A stretch of DNA of 64,000 nucleotides from Zootoca vivipara. Its lineage: Eukaryota. The position numbers and the translations under genes were made by a program. The DNA lies in NCBI RefSeq assembly GCF_963506605.1, contig NC_083280.1:24118001-24182000 (forward strand). The letters are read 5' to 3'. The notes beneath the pieces were generated by a model. The model saw nothing but the letters and a program-made list of their open reading frames with translations. It ran no database searches and was not told the origin of the DNA. Shown here piece by piece: positions 36,592 through 48,910 of this stretch (position 1 is its first letter; every line of letters begins with the position of its first letter).

Positions 36592-37326
36592 CTGGGAGAA
36601 GAAAGATATGTTAGTTGCTAAAGGCTTTTCCCAAACTTATCTTATCAAAAATGACAAAGATTATGCCATACCTAGCTGTATATCACTATTCTAGTAACTT
36701 TAGTGATATTTAATCTTATCAATATTACATATCTGAAAACATTGCATTTAAAATGCAAGACTACATGTAACTCCCCACTTATGTGCGTTCAACTTGCGTA
36801 TGGCGCTGGGAAAGAAATAATTCTATTTAAACTGCAAAAAGGTGTGGAAAGAGCAGGGAAACAGCAGTTCCATGAGCCTTTGCACTGCCCTTTGAGGCCT
36901 GTGGACAGTTGGAATTTGGAGAGCAGCATCACCAGCAGCTAGAGAATCTGACCCACAGCCAAGCACCTTGGGGTACCATTCTACCCAACTTGTCATTGTT
37001 TCCACATCATCTTCCAGCGATGATGACGACAGAGTCACTGCTGCCACCATTCATGCCAGTATGGTAAGCGGTGTTGGTTTTTCAAGGGTTTCCATAGGTT
37101 TAAAGGGGGGTTTACAGGTTTTTTAGATGGTGTTCCCCCCTATATGTGATTTCAAATACACATGCAGTATGCAGGAACATAAGCTCCATGTAACTAGGGA
37201 GTCGTCTGTATTCCAATTAATGAATGCAATTCTGGGCTGAGATCTTCGTTCTTCCGGTTGTCATAGTGCAAAAAAACCCTCACCGCTTCTTTATGCTCTC
37301 TCTTCTGCATCATCATTTGTGTAAAC

Positions 37327-37462
37327 CATGCATCCCCAAACTTCGGCCCTCCAGATGTTTTGGACTACAATTCCCATCTTCCCCAACCACTGGTCCTGTT
37401 AGCTAGGGATCATGGGAGTTGTAGGCCAAAACATCTGGAGGGCCGCAATTTGGGGGTGCCTG
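37327..37462. mobile_element. 136-bp palindromic hAT MITE
   Basis: Same family; TSD gtgtaaac. Confidence 0.85.
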
Positions 37463-37649
37463 GTGTAAACATTCTAACCACAGCAAAAGCATTCTATCAT
37501 TACTAGTTTGCAAGTGTGGGTTGATTAGCTTAGCTAGCCTCATGAAACTGAACTCGCGCCATAGGTACCAAATCAGATAAACAAGAGGAATAATAGGTCT
37601 AAACTTTTAAAAGATGTTTCTGTCATATTTTAATTCATAATAAACTTAC

Positions 37650-37760
37650 CTATAAATAGGCTGAGGAAGGTAATTTTCCCCTTCAATGCGGATGTCTGGG
37701 TACCGCTGGCTAATAACCTGCATGTACTCCTCAAACACCCGTCTGTATCCTCAGGAAACA
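37650..37760 (-). CDS. SELENOT: SELENOT exon 2 with the selenocysteine UGA (37751-37753)
   Basis: C-V-S-U-GYRRVFEEYMQVISQRYPDIRIEGENYLPQPIYR (CxxU Rdx motif); 111 nt. Confidence 0.96.
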
Positions 37761-38755
37761 CTGAACAGAAATATTTTATTATGATTAGTTTGTGTGTAGT
37801 TAAGCATAAACATTTTGCTAAGATTATTTGTAGGTAATCAATTGGAATTAGCACGCTTCTGGATTTCCCTAAAAACCATTTAACTCTGCTCCCTCAACTG
37901 CCCAAATGTTTCTTGGTCTTCATCACAACTCCCATCGACTTTCCCCCCTCCTGCCTGCCTACGTTTCCCCCTCTGAACAGTGGTGACAGCTCTCCCCCCC
38001 CCCCAAGTCTTTCCTCAAAATCTACATTTTAATGCACTGCAAATTACTTTGAACACAATTCTGTAAATATAAAAGCATCATGTAAATTAATATTTGATCT
38101 GGTCTTTTATGTGGCATTTTGGATTACCCCTCAAATAATCAACTTTGAAATGCAGGCAACTGCATTTTTACACATTAAGCTCTAAACATGGTCTATTTTA
38201 AACAGTAAGCTCCCTAAGGAATGGGGCATTTATTTTTACCTATAGTTTGGTAAGGTGCTACATACACTGATGTATAAACACTTTCATAGATAGCTTTTGG
38301 GACATTTTAGCCCAAGCATAAAAGCCTGCTTTCACTCCATCTCAGTCAGTGCTAGAAATTAGCCAGGTGCATTTTGCGACTAGCGTGGGTCCAATTGCAA
38401 CCACATGGAGATCTCTGGATGCCAGGATGTAGACTAGGGAAGGCAAAATGTCAATTAAAGAAGTATCTGAAATATTTTCCTTGAAGCTTGGATTTGTTTT
38501 ATTCTGGATTGTTTTATTTGGTATTTTAATGTGTTATAAACTGCTTTGAGATTTGTCCTTTAAAATATAAAGTGGTACAGAAATGAAATGAATAATAATA
38601 ATAAATATGGTACCATAAAAGAGCCCAACAAGACAATGACAAAAATCCACCAACAGCATACAAATCAATATGGCTAACCTGATTCAAAACACCCACCCAC
38701 CCCACGAAACGAAGACCACCACAGCCAACTACAAATGAACAACCATACCCTAGGC

Positions 38756-39071
38756 CAGGGGTCAGCAAACTTTTTCAGCAGGGGACCGGTCCACTGTCCC
38801 TCAGACCTTGTGGGGGGCTGGACTATATTTTGGAAAAAATATAAACAAATTCCTATGCCCCACAAATAACCCAGAGATGCATTTTAAATAAAAGGACATA
38901 TTCACGCATGTAAAGACACCAGGCAGGCCTCACAAATAACCCAGAGATGCATTTTAAATAAAAAGGACACATTCTACTCATGTAAAAACATGCTGATTCC
39001 CGGACCGTCCGTGGGATTTAGAAGGCAATTGGGCCGCATCCGGCCCCCGGGCCTTAGTTTGGGGGACCCTG
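38756..39071. mobile_element. hAT (Charlie-like) MITE with an internal ~70-bp tandem duplication
   Basis: TSD ccctaggc; cacaaataacccagagatgcattttaaataaaaggaca occurs twice; reverse of the 29520 element. Confidence 0.8.
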
Positions 39072-40508
39072 CCCTAGGCCAACCAACATCTCTCACCACC
39101 AAAGGAACACAAGCAAACAGCAGAGAACCTGCACAAGCGACGCTGACAAAAAACCTCACATATATTAAGTATAACAGAAACATCATCACCCGACTAGTTT
39201 CCGTGGTGTTAGGTACAATCTGTGAGTTTCAGGGTGAGTTCTTTTCTTTTAACCAAACATTGATTTAAAGGGAAGTTTAGACCACATTCTAGTCCATTAT
39301 GTGGGGTTAGCCTCGTAGCCTATGTCATCCTCTCATTGTTTTTTGCCTATGTTGAGGGGGTTTGTGGGATTTTGGAGCAGTGTTTTGTACTGTATATTGT
39401 GGATTCCATCCCCTTGCCATGTCCATTTGTTGTTAGGAGATTTTGAAGGAAACTGTTTTGAAGCAAACTAGTCTCGAAAATATTTCGAACACAAATAATC
39501 CACAATTTCCTTCCAGGAAATTTATACATAATGGTGATCAGGACATAGGGATACTGTACACCAGAAGAACAAAATTTCCAGATAATGTTTATGATTCTAG
39601 CCTTGAGTTTCCTTTATTTGCCTCCTAGTTTGATTCTCTTCTGAGTTTTATTTTGAGAGGCACAGTTCGGCCTCACGGTTGTCCTCTTCAAAAACAAGGG
39701 AGGTTTATTTTACGTTTGTTCGGGTTTTTTTTAAAGAAAAATAAAACTGGGATTTTCACATTCTTGATTTTAAAAAAGGCTAAATAGCTACTGAGGAATG
39801 TACACTATTCACAAATATTACTCAAAACTTTCAGTAATAGAACTGGGAACCTAGAAGACTAATGTGAAATGCTTTTTAAATGACTCTGCTTTTCTTTCCC
39901 TTTGGTCCCAACTGTGATGCGTTGCTATGCTGATGTAACACTGGTAACACAAGGAGTAACAATGCCTGAAAAAAACTGCAATAACTAGATGGTGAAACTT
40001 TAAAAATGAAGAATGTTTCCAACACAAGAATGAACAGTGCTGAAGCTGATAAAGCAAGCATGTTACAGAAAGAAAACTGGATTGCTAGATATGGGCAAAT
40101 GCTTAAAAACTATTCTAATCGTTACTCCGTTGAATACTGGTACATATTCCTGCGTATCCTGCGTATACTACTTTTTAACCCAGGAAAATCTACTCAAAAG
40201 TCGGGGGTCGTCTTATAAGCTGGGTCGTATTTCTTATACGGCAAGTATATCCCAAACTCTATTTTAACTGGAAAAGTTGGGGGTTGTCTTATACGCCCAG
40301 TCATTTTATACGCTGGAATATACAGTGTATTTTTAGAGGAAAGTACTAACATTTTAGGCCCACACTTTAATTGACTTTCCTATTTTTGCTAATTCCAAAT
40401 CCATTATTCATACTCAGACTGAAGTCTCATATCCAATCCAAACAGCAGTTTGCACAATAAAAAAATTCCTTCAGTAGCACCTTAAAGACCAACTAAGTTT
40501 ATATTTTG

Positions 40509-40546
40509 GTATGAGCTTTCGTGTGCATGCACACTTCTTCAGATAC
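40509..40546 (-). ncRNA. Minimal hammerhead ribozyme motif, sense to the SELENOT pre-mRNA
   Basis: Reverse complement reads GTAT-CTGAAGA-A-GTGTGCATGCACAC-GAAA-GCTC-ATAC. Confidence 0.6.
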
Positions 40547-40550
40547 AGGT

Positions 40551-40588
40551 GTATCTGAAGAAGTGTGCATGCACACGAAAGCTCATAC
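40551..40588 (+). ncRNA. Minimal hammerhead ribozyme motif (other arm)
   Basis: GTAT-CTGAAGA-A-GTGTGCATGCACAC-GAAA-GCTC-ATAC. Confidence 0.6.
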
Positions 40589-41323
40589 CAAAATATAAAC
40601 TTAGTTGGTCTTTAAGGTGCTACTGAAGGAATTTTTTTATTTTGCTTCGACTCAGACCAACACGGCTACCTACCTGTAAGCAGTTTGCACATAAATATAT
40701 TATTAGCAACTTTGTTAATACTGTAAAATGTTGTTTGTGACTTGTCTAAGTTTTCCTACTTTAGCTACAAAATGACTTACTGAAACCCATCACTAACTAC
40801 AATTTGCTGTTTGAAGTTCCTTTATATAAAACGTTGTGCAATTCTAAGCAGCTTTGCTCAGATAGGAGCCTCAGCAACTTCATTAGGACAGTCCTTTTAT
40901 ACAGAGGTACCTCTGGTTATGAACTTAACTGTGATTGAGTCTCAGTTAAACATGTGGCTAGTTCAGATGACAACCTTGAGTTAGGTTAAGAGCTTTGAGA
41001 ACTTAAAGAAGAAAAGCCACTTGATCCAGGGACAGTCCACACATATATTGCCCTATTCCAACCTCTTTTTCTTAATGGTGACTGCTCTTGCTCAGGCTGC
41101 ACAGAAAAAGCATTTTGGTTCCAGAAATTCATTCCTATTGCACAGATAAAATATAACTGATAGAATTCTACAGGATGGGGTATTAATATATGAAAACAGA
41201 CCAGATCCAATGATCCCAAGGCATGCACTTCTAGATGGTAGAGATGTCAGGTGCCATCCTGCTGCCCAGGCCTCTTCCATTGGTTGCAAGTGGTAGAAAA
41301 GCCAGGTACAAAATGTGCCTAGC

Positions 41324-41613
41324 TAAAGGGAGCCATGACCATTAGGTCCAGTTGTGACCGACTCTGGGGTTGCGGTGCTTATCTCGCGTTATTGGTCAAG
41401 GGAGCTGGCGTACAGCTTCCAGGTCATTTGGCCAGCATGACAAAGCCGCTTCTGGCAAACCAGAGCAGCACATGGAAATGCCATTTACCTTCCTGCTGTA
41501 GTGGTACCTATTTGTCTACTTGCACTTTGAGGTGCTTTCGAACTGCTAGGTTGGCAGGAGCTGGGACCGAGCCCTAGGCTCAGTGGTTTAACCCACAGCA
41601 CCACCCGTGTCCC
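41324..41613 (-). mobile_element. Sauria SINE with an internal deletion in the tRNA-like region
   Basis: Reverse complement of the SINE consensus; 16-bp TSD acaaaatgtgcctagc. Confidence 0.85.
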
Positions 41614-41795
41614 AACAAAATGTGCCTAGCACCTGGCTAATTTCAAACTCTGCCTAACCCACAGCTTCTAAGTGCCTATACCGCCCCCTCGACTTCTTGC
41701 AATGATTCTTCCACCACTACACCGTTTCTGAAAGCCCTTAAACACATTTTTTAATCACCAGGCACCCCCAACTCCCCCCAGCAGTCAACATAGTC

Positions 41796-41931
41796 CAGGA
41801 ATCCCCAAACTGCGGCCCTCCAGATGTTTTGGCCTACAACTCCCATGATCCCTAGCTAACAGGACCAGTGGTCGGGGAAGATGGAAATTGTAGTTCAAAA
41901 CATCTGGAGGGCCGAAATTTGGGGATGCCTG
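41796..41931. mobile_element. 136-bp palindromic hAT MITE
   Basis: Same family; TSD acatagtc. Confidence 0.85.
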
Positions 41932-42579
41932 ACATAGTCCCACCAATCTGCCCTGCTACTCACACCTCTTCTCATCCTCAAGTCCCAACCTCTTTTGCCA
42001 ACACCAACTTGGCCTCAATCTATTAATCACTCAGGGCCTCCTCGTCTTTCCCCATCCTATTGAACACCTATCCACCTCAAGCCCTATATTTCACACACAC
42101 TCACACATTTTCAAGGTGAGCTCAGCGCTCTACACAGCACCGAAAGGGCAGCATTGCCCAACCCTCCCTCCTCTCATTTCAGCTTCATGCCTCCTGCCTA
42201 TCAGAAAGCCAACATTACCGTAGCAACCCTAAAGTCTTCCATGAAGGGCCACAGCATCCTAAGCCAGTCGTCTTCAACTGGTGGGCCATGGCCTAATCCG
42301 AGGTGGGCCACAACAGCTGCACTACCGCCATACAGATATTTGGGGTGGATATGTGTGCGGGGAGAGAGAGATGATAAGAAGAAATGGGATCCCCAGACGC
42401 ATGTTTGAGGTTAATGGTGGGTCTAAAGGCTAAAACTATTGAAATTGGGGGGGGGGTGAGAGATAAGAACCGCCCTGAGACCTCCGGGTATAGGGCGGTA
42501 TATAAATTCAATAAATAGTAATAAGAGGCAAAGACGTTTCCTGCCCTGGGAAAACAACTATTATCTGAATTCCGACGTA

Positions 42580-43360
42580 GCCTGTCCTCTACTTTCCTCG
42601 AGGGCTGAAGGGGCTTCTCCGCACCTTCATGTGCGGACCTGCCGCCCTTCGCCCCCCAGCACCTCCCCAGGGGCTCCCCTAATTCTCTCTCTTCCCCCCA
42701 CCCCAGACGCCTCCTTTCGCCCCCTCCTCGCTCGCCCTTCGCCTCCCTTCCCTTTCCGGCCTCCGCAGGGCGAGACTTCGGCGGGGAAGGGAGGCCAGAG
42801 CGACGGAGCGCGGTCGGCTGTGGCCTTGGCCCTCCCAACCACGACGAAGAAAGGTCTGAGGAGGAGAAGGAAGGGGGCGCCTGGCAGCGCGAGCAGCAGG
42901 AGGCCTCCTCGCAGGGCTCACCAGATCTGGAACTTGAGCAGCGGCCCCGTCGCGTAGGCCATGCGCAGCTTCTTCCCGGGCGGCAACCCGTCCGACTGAG
43001 CGCGAGAGCCGCCCAGGCCCGCCGCCAGCAGGAACAGCAACGCCAGCGCCGGCCTCATCTCGTCTTCGTCTTCTCCTCCGCCGCCTGCGCGCGACCACGA
43101 CCGGCTTTATAAACGCTCCTCGCTCCGTTTCCCTCTACCCCCCTCCCACCTCCACACGCTCACCGCCTCGCGCTCTGTCGCTAGCAGGCGATGGTCACGT
43201 GAGCGAGGGCGCCGCAGCGCGCCTGCGCCAGGTTCCACCTATCTCCGGCCGCGGAAAGAACGGCGGGCCCCCTATTTGACGAGTTTGCTTCACGGGTGGA
43301 GTAGGGTACATACGGGCTACTCGCGCCCGGCTGAACAGGGGTGGGGTGGACTTCCGTTGC
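42580..43360 (-). promoter_or_regulatory. SELENOT: SELENOT CpG-island promoter and exon 1 region
   Basis: High GC and CpG density; TTTATAAA 43106-43113 about 50 nt upstream of the ATG; E-box GTCACGTGAG 43194-43203; NRF1-like GCGCCTGCGC 43219-43228 (motif function inferred). Confidence 0.7.
42922..43058 (-). CDS. SELENOT: SELENOT exon 1 (signal peptide)
   Basis: MRPALALLFLLAAGLGGSRAQSDGLPPGKKLRMAYATGPLLKFQI|GTGAG; five exons total 588 nt = 195 aa + stop. Confidence 0.95.
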
Positions 43361-43393
43361 TCTGCCAAAATGAGAGACCCTAACCGTCCTCTC

Positions 43394-43552
43394 CTGCTTC
43401 TTGGGAGAAAAGCAATGACCTAGACAACATCTTAACAACATCTTAAAAAGCAGAGACATCACCTTGCGGACAAACGTCCGTATAGTTAAAGCTATGGTTT
43501 TCCCAGTAGTGATGTATGGAAGTGAGAGCTGGACCATAAAGAAGGCTGATCG
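43394..43552 (+). mobile_element. Bov-B internal fragment
   Basis: Matches the reverse complement of about 61827-61978 (RDITLxTxVRIVKAMVFPVVMYGSESWTIKKAD). Confidence 0.85.
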
Positions 43553-43626
43553 TAGAGTTTTTAAAGATCCTGAGCACTATGAAGATCAAAGACAATGTCT
43601 GCAAATGTGTGGAAAGTTAATCTACT

Positions 43627-43751
43627 TAGAATCATAGGGTTGGAGAGTTGGAAGGGATCCAAAGGGTCTCATAGTCCAACCTGTTGCATTGCAGGAATCT
43701 CAGCTAAGGAATCCCTGGCGGATGGCCATCCAACCTGTGTTTGAAAACCTC
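43627..43751 (-). mobile_element. CR1 LINE 3' end
   Basis: tagaatcatag...gttggaaggga...gatggccatccaacc, the reverse of a CR1 terminus like 54421-54708. Confidence 0.7.
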
Positions 43752-44025
43752 CCTCTCACAGAAGTCAATGACATTTAATCAGCCTACTCACAAACAGAAT
43801 TGCTGCTAAAGTCCAAAAGGACAGCTCACAAACAATACATGCGCCGTGATAGCACAGCTTGTAGGGAAGAGTTGCCCTTGACTACCTGCATAGATCAGCA
43901 AAACTATGCAGTAATGATTATGTACCTCAGAGCAACAACGAGCTCTTATTCACTTTAACAACACAAAACTCAATTAAAGCCAATGGAAGTCACCCAACCG
44001 ACAGCTGAAAATGTTATGTCCTCAC

Positions 44026-44689
44026 TAGGGTGATGACTTTTTCAAAAAAAATTCTCAAAAATTATTTCCTGTAGCACAATTGGATGAACTTTTGCCTATT
44101 AATGACTAAAATGAGGTATTTTCCATTGAAATATTTTAAAAGGTTACACAGAAACCGGTTTTAATTTTTTTTAATGCCGTTTTACCATTTCATAAAATTG
44201 TATTAACAATTCTATATATATTTCGTATCAAATTTGGACACAACACCACATTCCACAATGGGAAGTGTTCTTAGCAACATAGGGTATACAAATGTCACAC
44301 CTGCGCAAGGTAAAAGCCCCTTTTTGGGACCTCAAAACTCAGCCAGCAGGCCCTGTCGGGCATGCTGGGGAAAGAACCTACAGGAGAGGTAGCAAAACAT
44401 CGTCCTCCAGCAGCATCTATACTGTTACTGCAGCTAAAAAAAAGCTTCCTTGTGTGTTTGATGACCCTATATAATGTTGTATATATGTGACTCTAAAGCT
44501 TGGGTTCAATTTTATATCTGCTTACAGTGACTTCAAAAATGGTCAAAAAACTGATAAAATTTTTAAAATCATTTTGTGCGTGGTTTTTTTTTATCAAATC
44601 TCTTTGAAAGTAAGATTTTGTCTAATCTTTAATGAAAGCTCATCAAATTATGGTATAGGGAAATGGGTTGTAAAAAAGTCATCACCCTA
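44026..44689. mobile_element. AT-rich non-autonomous hAT element
   Basis: 17-bp perfect TIR TAGGGTGATGACTTTTT; perfect 8-bp TSD gtcctcac. Confidence 0.85.
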
Positions 44690-44914
44690 GTCCTCACGGT
44701 TGAGGAAAAACTGCTTTCAGAAAGGTTATCATTTTTTGAGGGGGGGGGTGGTAGAATATTTAGTGGAGGGGTTCATATATGAAAAAACACTACCTGAATA
44801 CTTCCTGTGAAGCTCCCCCCCCAGTGTTGATGACCCCCCAAAAAAATAGCCTGAAAATGGTGCCTGAAAAGTTAGGAGTGTGAATATAAGCCATGTTAAA
44901 AAAAAATGAGATAA

Positions 44915-45012
44915 TAGAATCATAGAGTTGGAAGAGACCACAAGGGCCATCCAGGCCAACCCCCTGCCAAGCAGGAAACACCATCAAAGCATTCCTGACA
45001 TATGCCTTGACA
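44915..45012 (-). mobile_element. CR1 LINE 3' end running into an assembly gap
   Basis: Near-identical reverse complement of about 157-250. Confidence 0.85.
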
Positions 45013-45163
45013 NNNNNNNNNNNNNNNNNNNNNNNNNNNNNNNNNNNNNNNNNNNNNNNNNNNNNNNNNNNNNNNNNNNNNNNNNNNNNNNNNNNNNNNN
45101 NNNNNNNNNNNNNNNNNNNNNNNNNNNNNNNNNNNNNNNNNNNNNNNNNNNNNNNNNNNNNNN
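45013..45163. other. Assembly gap (151 N)
   Basis: N run. Confidence 1.
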
Positions 45164-47163
45164 CCACTTTATCACTACCCAAAGCGGCTAACATTCTCCT
45201 TTCCCTTCCTCCCCCACAACAAACACAAGATGTGAGTGGGGCTGAGAGACTTCAAAGAAGTGTGACTAGCCCAAGTAATTGCCTTGAGAGATGGACCATT
45301 AAAAGACCACAAAGAAATGATGACCCATTAGAAAGGCCATTAACAGAGACACTGTGGGCTGACAGCAAATGGGGAAAGCCCCTCCCTGAGGTGAGGGATA
45401 GTTAGCAAACACCAAAAAAAAAACCAGAGTTTCAGGAGTGAGCAACAGAATTGCAGTGGGCAGTGGTAGAGTAAGAAACATTTTTCCTCACCGTGAAAAA
45501 ATGAAACTGCCCACCTGACCAGAGGCAGGGCAGGATGGCTCTTTTCCCCAGAAAAGGAGGCAAACGACTTGGAAGGCCCTACTTGCCCAGTCCAGTGCAA
45601 GGAGTAATCTTATTCACTTAATGTCTTCCATTCCACTTTGGCAAAATGCAATTCCAGTTTGGACACTTTAAAACACGGAGGGCTAACCTGTGGCCCCTCC
45701 AGATGTTGATGATTACAGCTCACACAATCGTTGTCCATATTCCATGCTGGCTAAGACTGATGGGGGATTTCAACAACATTTGGAGGGTCCATGGGCCAAC
45801 CATTTCTGCTTTGTATGTTTTGACATCAATTTCTTTCGAACGATGCAGCCGTTGCGTGGCTATTCCACTAGAGGGCATCTCAGGCATTCATTTGGACACT
45901 CTTGTGTCCAAATGGAAGAAAATACCATGTGACATAAGTACGGTACACAAGGGTTTCTTGCTCTAGGTCCACTTGGTTACTTTGAAAGTTTCTTTCAGCT
46001 GCATATAAAATGATTGCATCATGGACCACACAGAAAGGGAGTTGAGGCAGAAGGAGCCAGCCACTTTTTAACAGTTCACTATGATTTTATTGGTGTTTCT
46101 GGTATTGCCTGCCATCTTCAGTTTCCATTGTGGAAGAATGGGAGAATATGTTGATTTAATAACAACACAGAATAATAGAATTGTACTGTTGGTGGTACCC
46201 CCAAGAGTCACCAAGTCCAACCCCCTGGAATGCATAGTCATATGGGCAGGGAAGGAGCTATTCTGAAAAGACTATGTTCCATATCATTCCCACCCACACC
46301 CCATTTAATCTACACTATGGCACTTCCTAATTTAGACACCAGGTATGTGTGTTACGGATGAATCCCCTTATGACTATTGACCAGTTACCTAATATTCCTC
46401 CTTTCATTTCTAGCACACCATGAAAACACTAGTAAGTTCAGACATTTACTTCTAATTGATTTGGAACTGGGGTTTCCAGAAAGGTAAAACTTCTTCCCTT
46501 TTCATCAGGGAGTTCATGAATCCCACCTGTCTCCAATTCAGAGAAGGGACATGTCCTTTTTCTTTTACACTCAATCCCTTTTCTCAATTGTGACATTCTT
46601 GTACCGAGAGAGAGAAATTGAAATCCCTGTTTTTATGGTTTTTACGGTTATTGTAGTTTTTATTTTGTTTCCTTTGTGAATGATGCCATGGCCTTTGGCT
46701 AGTGCAATAAGGTGTATGATTGATTGATTGATTGAAATCCCAGTATCTAGGAAAATGTCTCTCAATCCACAAAAAGTCACACTGAAACAGAAATACACCA
46801 GGTTAGAAACATGCAAGACCTATAAAGAGAACACCAAAATCTTTATTAAATGGAAAATGCTTTTTATTATATTCTACAATCTTCTTATTACATAAGGGTC
46901 ACTTCTATGTTATCTGGCCAAAGAGTAAATAGAGGGACCCACTGTACTTTATTTAGTTCAGTAATACCATTTTGGAATCACAGCAAATTTTTTGCCTCAT
47001 TTTGATTTACAATACTTCTGCTCAAAATTTTTACATGTATCCATATATTAGGGACAAGGAAATAAAAATGTAGCTGTGTATAGTGTTTTTAAATGAGCAT
47101 TTTCAGTCTTTTATTATTAAATGATTCTACAGAACGAACCCGTGAGTTTCATCTGTCTTCTTT

Positions 47164-47229
47164 CTAAACACCCAGCTCCAACTCTTCCAGCTCCTTAAGG
47201 AGGGCAGCCTCTTTCTGAATTTTCTCCAA
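47164..47229 (-). CDS. EIF2A: EIF2A last coding exon (TAG 47164-47166)
   Basis: LEKIQKEAALLKELEELELGV*. Confidence 0.95.
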   Translation of the reverse strand: MEKIQKEAALLKELEELELGV

Positions 47230-48308
47230 CTAGGACACATACACAGAAGACACCATCAGATACAACTTAGCACAGGCAAAGGAAAAATTATCAATGGCTC
47301 TCAGTCGCAGCAGCCAAACGGAATGTCCATGTTTCAATGCTTTAGGGCTCCACAGGAACTATGTCAGAAAACTTACTTTCATGGCCTGCCAGTGGGTTTC
47401 CTAGCCACTAATAAAAACAGGTTGTTGGGCTAGAACAGGTGTGGAGACCCTTGGGCCCTCTAGATGTTGCTGAACCACAACTGACATCATCCCTGGCCCC
47501 TGACCATGCTTGCTGGGGCTGATGGGAATTGTTGCTGTTTATTAAATTTGTATATCGCCCTATACCCACAGTCTCGGAGCAGATCACAACAAAAAGTTAC
47601 AACACGAAAAGCACAAAATACATAATGAAAATAATTTAAACAACTAACTATACTAAAGTATACAAGCTAAGAAAAGGGACCCCAACAAAGGCCCCTAAAC
47701 AATACCCCAGCCCACAAATGCAAAATGCAAATCAACATATAACATTTAAAAACAATTTTAAACCACCCCACCCAACCAAATAAAACAGCACCCACTCAAG
47801 TTAAAAAACCCATCCCCATTAGAACAGCAATCGTAGCACAAGGGGGCTGGCCCACGCATTTGTTCCATCCCCAAAGGGATGACCCCCTTTGGTTTCTCCC
47901 CGTCAGTGGCGGCACCAAGTTGTAGTTCAGCAACACCTGGGGGGCCCGAGGGTTCTCATACATGGGCTAGATGGAGCTTTGGTCCAATCCAGCAGGGCTC
48001 ATCTCATGTGCTTACAAACACCATTCATTTCAAGACGTCTGCCTGCCATGTGTGGGAAGGAGAGTCCCGTGCATTCAAGAGGTTCTAGGTCATGACTTCT
48101 GTCTTTAGTCCCACACTACACATTGCAACTTTAATAGGAGCACATTCAAATAAGTTCAGAGCCTTTGTTTCTGGCTTTTTTAATTGTTTTCAGAAGAAAA
48201 CAGAATAGTGCTTTTTTACATTTACAATGTACTAATAGTACATTTTAGTACTTTTAACGTGCTGTACAAGCCATCCCTAAAAATAGAATAATCTATGAAT
48301 AGGCATAC

Positions 48309-48374
48309 CTGGTTTTTCTCTAGCTGTTTGCCTGTAGCAGCCTGATCCTTCAGCTGTTCAATTGCTTTTAGTTT
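48309..48374 (-). CDS. EIF2A: EIF2A exon
   Basis: KLKAIEQLKDQAATGKQLEKNQ; AG/GT. Confidence 0.95.
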
Positions 48375-48774
48375 CTGCAGTGGTGGAAAAAAACCACGTC
48401 TTAAGACAACATTTGAATATTTATGCTGTAAGAATTTTTTGGCGGGTGGGGGAGGAGAGAGAGGAAGTGCCCTTTACCGTTCCCTAATCATTATCCTCAA
48501 GGTCATGGATGCCTTCACACTACTTTGAAACTTATTTTTCCCTGCGGAAAAGTGTAAACAGCACAGAGAGAGCCTGAGCTGTGCAGCCCAAACCACAGAT
48601 CAGCAAGCGGGCAGCTGAGTGATTAAAATGCACACTGATTTCTTGCTTTCCTAAAGGAGATATGGTAGGTTCAAGCACTCTATTGAGAGCAACAGCTGTC
48701 ATATAGATTGCTGCTCTGCACCCTGGAGTGGTGGCTGCTGAATGTAAAGGATTTTGTGCCACATTCGTTTATTG

Positions 48775-48910
48775 CAGGCATAGGCAAACTCGGCCCTTCA
48801 GATGTTTTGGGACTACAACTCCCATCACCCCTAGCTAACAGGACCGGTGGTCAGGGATGATGGGAGCTGTAGTCCCAAAACATCTGGAGGGCTGAGTTTG
48901 CCTATGCCTG
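48775..48910. mobile_element. 136-bp palindromic hAT MITE (variant)
   Basis: TIR caggcataggcaaactc; TSD gtttattg. Confidence 0.85.

Larger units (their letters stand above)
40456..40679. mobile_element. Penelope-like pseudo-LTR inverted-repeat insertion in SELENOT intron 1
   Basis: 92-bp perfect inverted arms 40456-40547/40550-40641 with a 2-nt loop; TSD gcagtttgcac (40445-40455, 40680-40690); reverse-oriented copy of the 5665 element. Confidence 0.75.

Noticed and set aside
37751-37753. In-frame TGA suggesting a SELENOT pseudogene
   Set aside because: It sits in the CxxU motif, all exons and splice sites are intact, and a SECIS is present, so it encodes selenocysteine.
42293-43098. Long Arg/Gly/Pro-rich ORFs (181, 139 and 108 aa)
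   Set aside because: Stop-poor CpG-island sequence; the real frame is SELENOT exon 1 (42922-43058).
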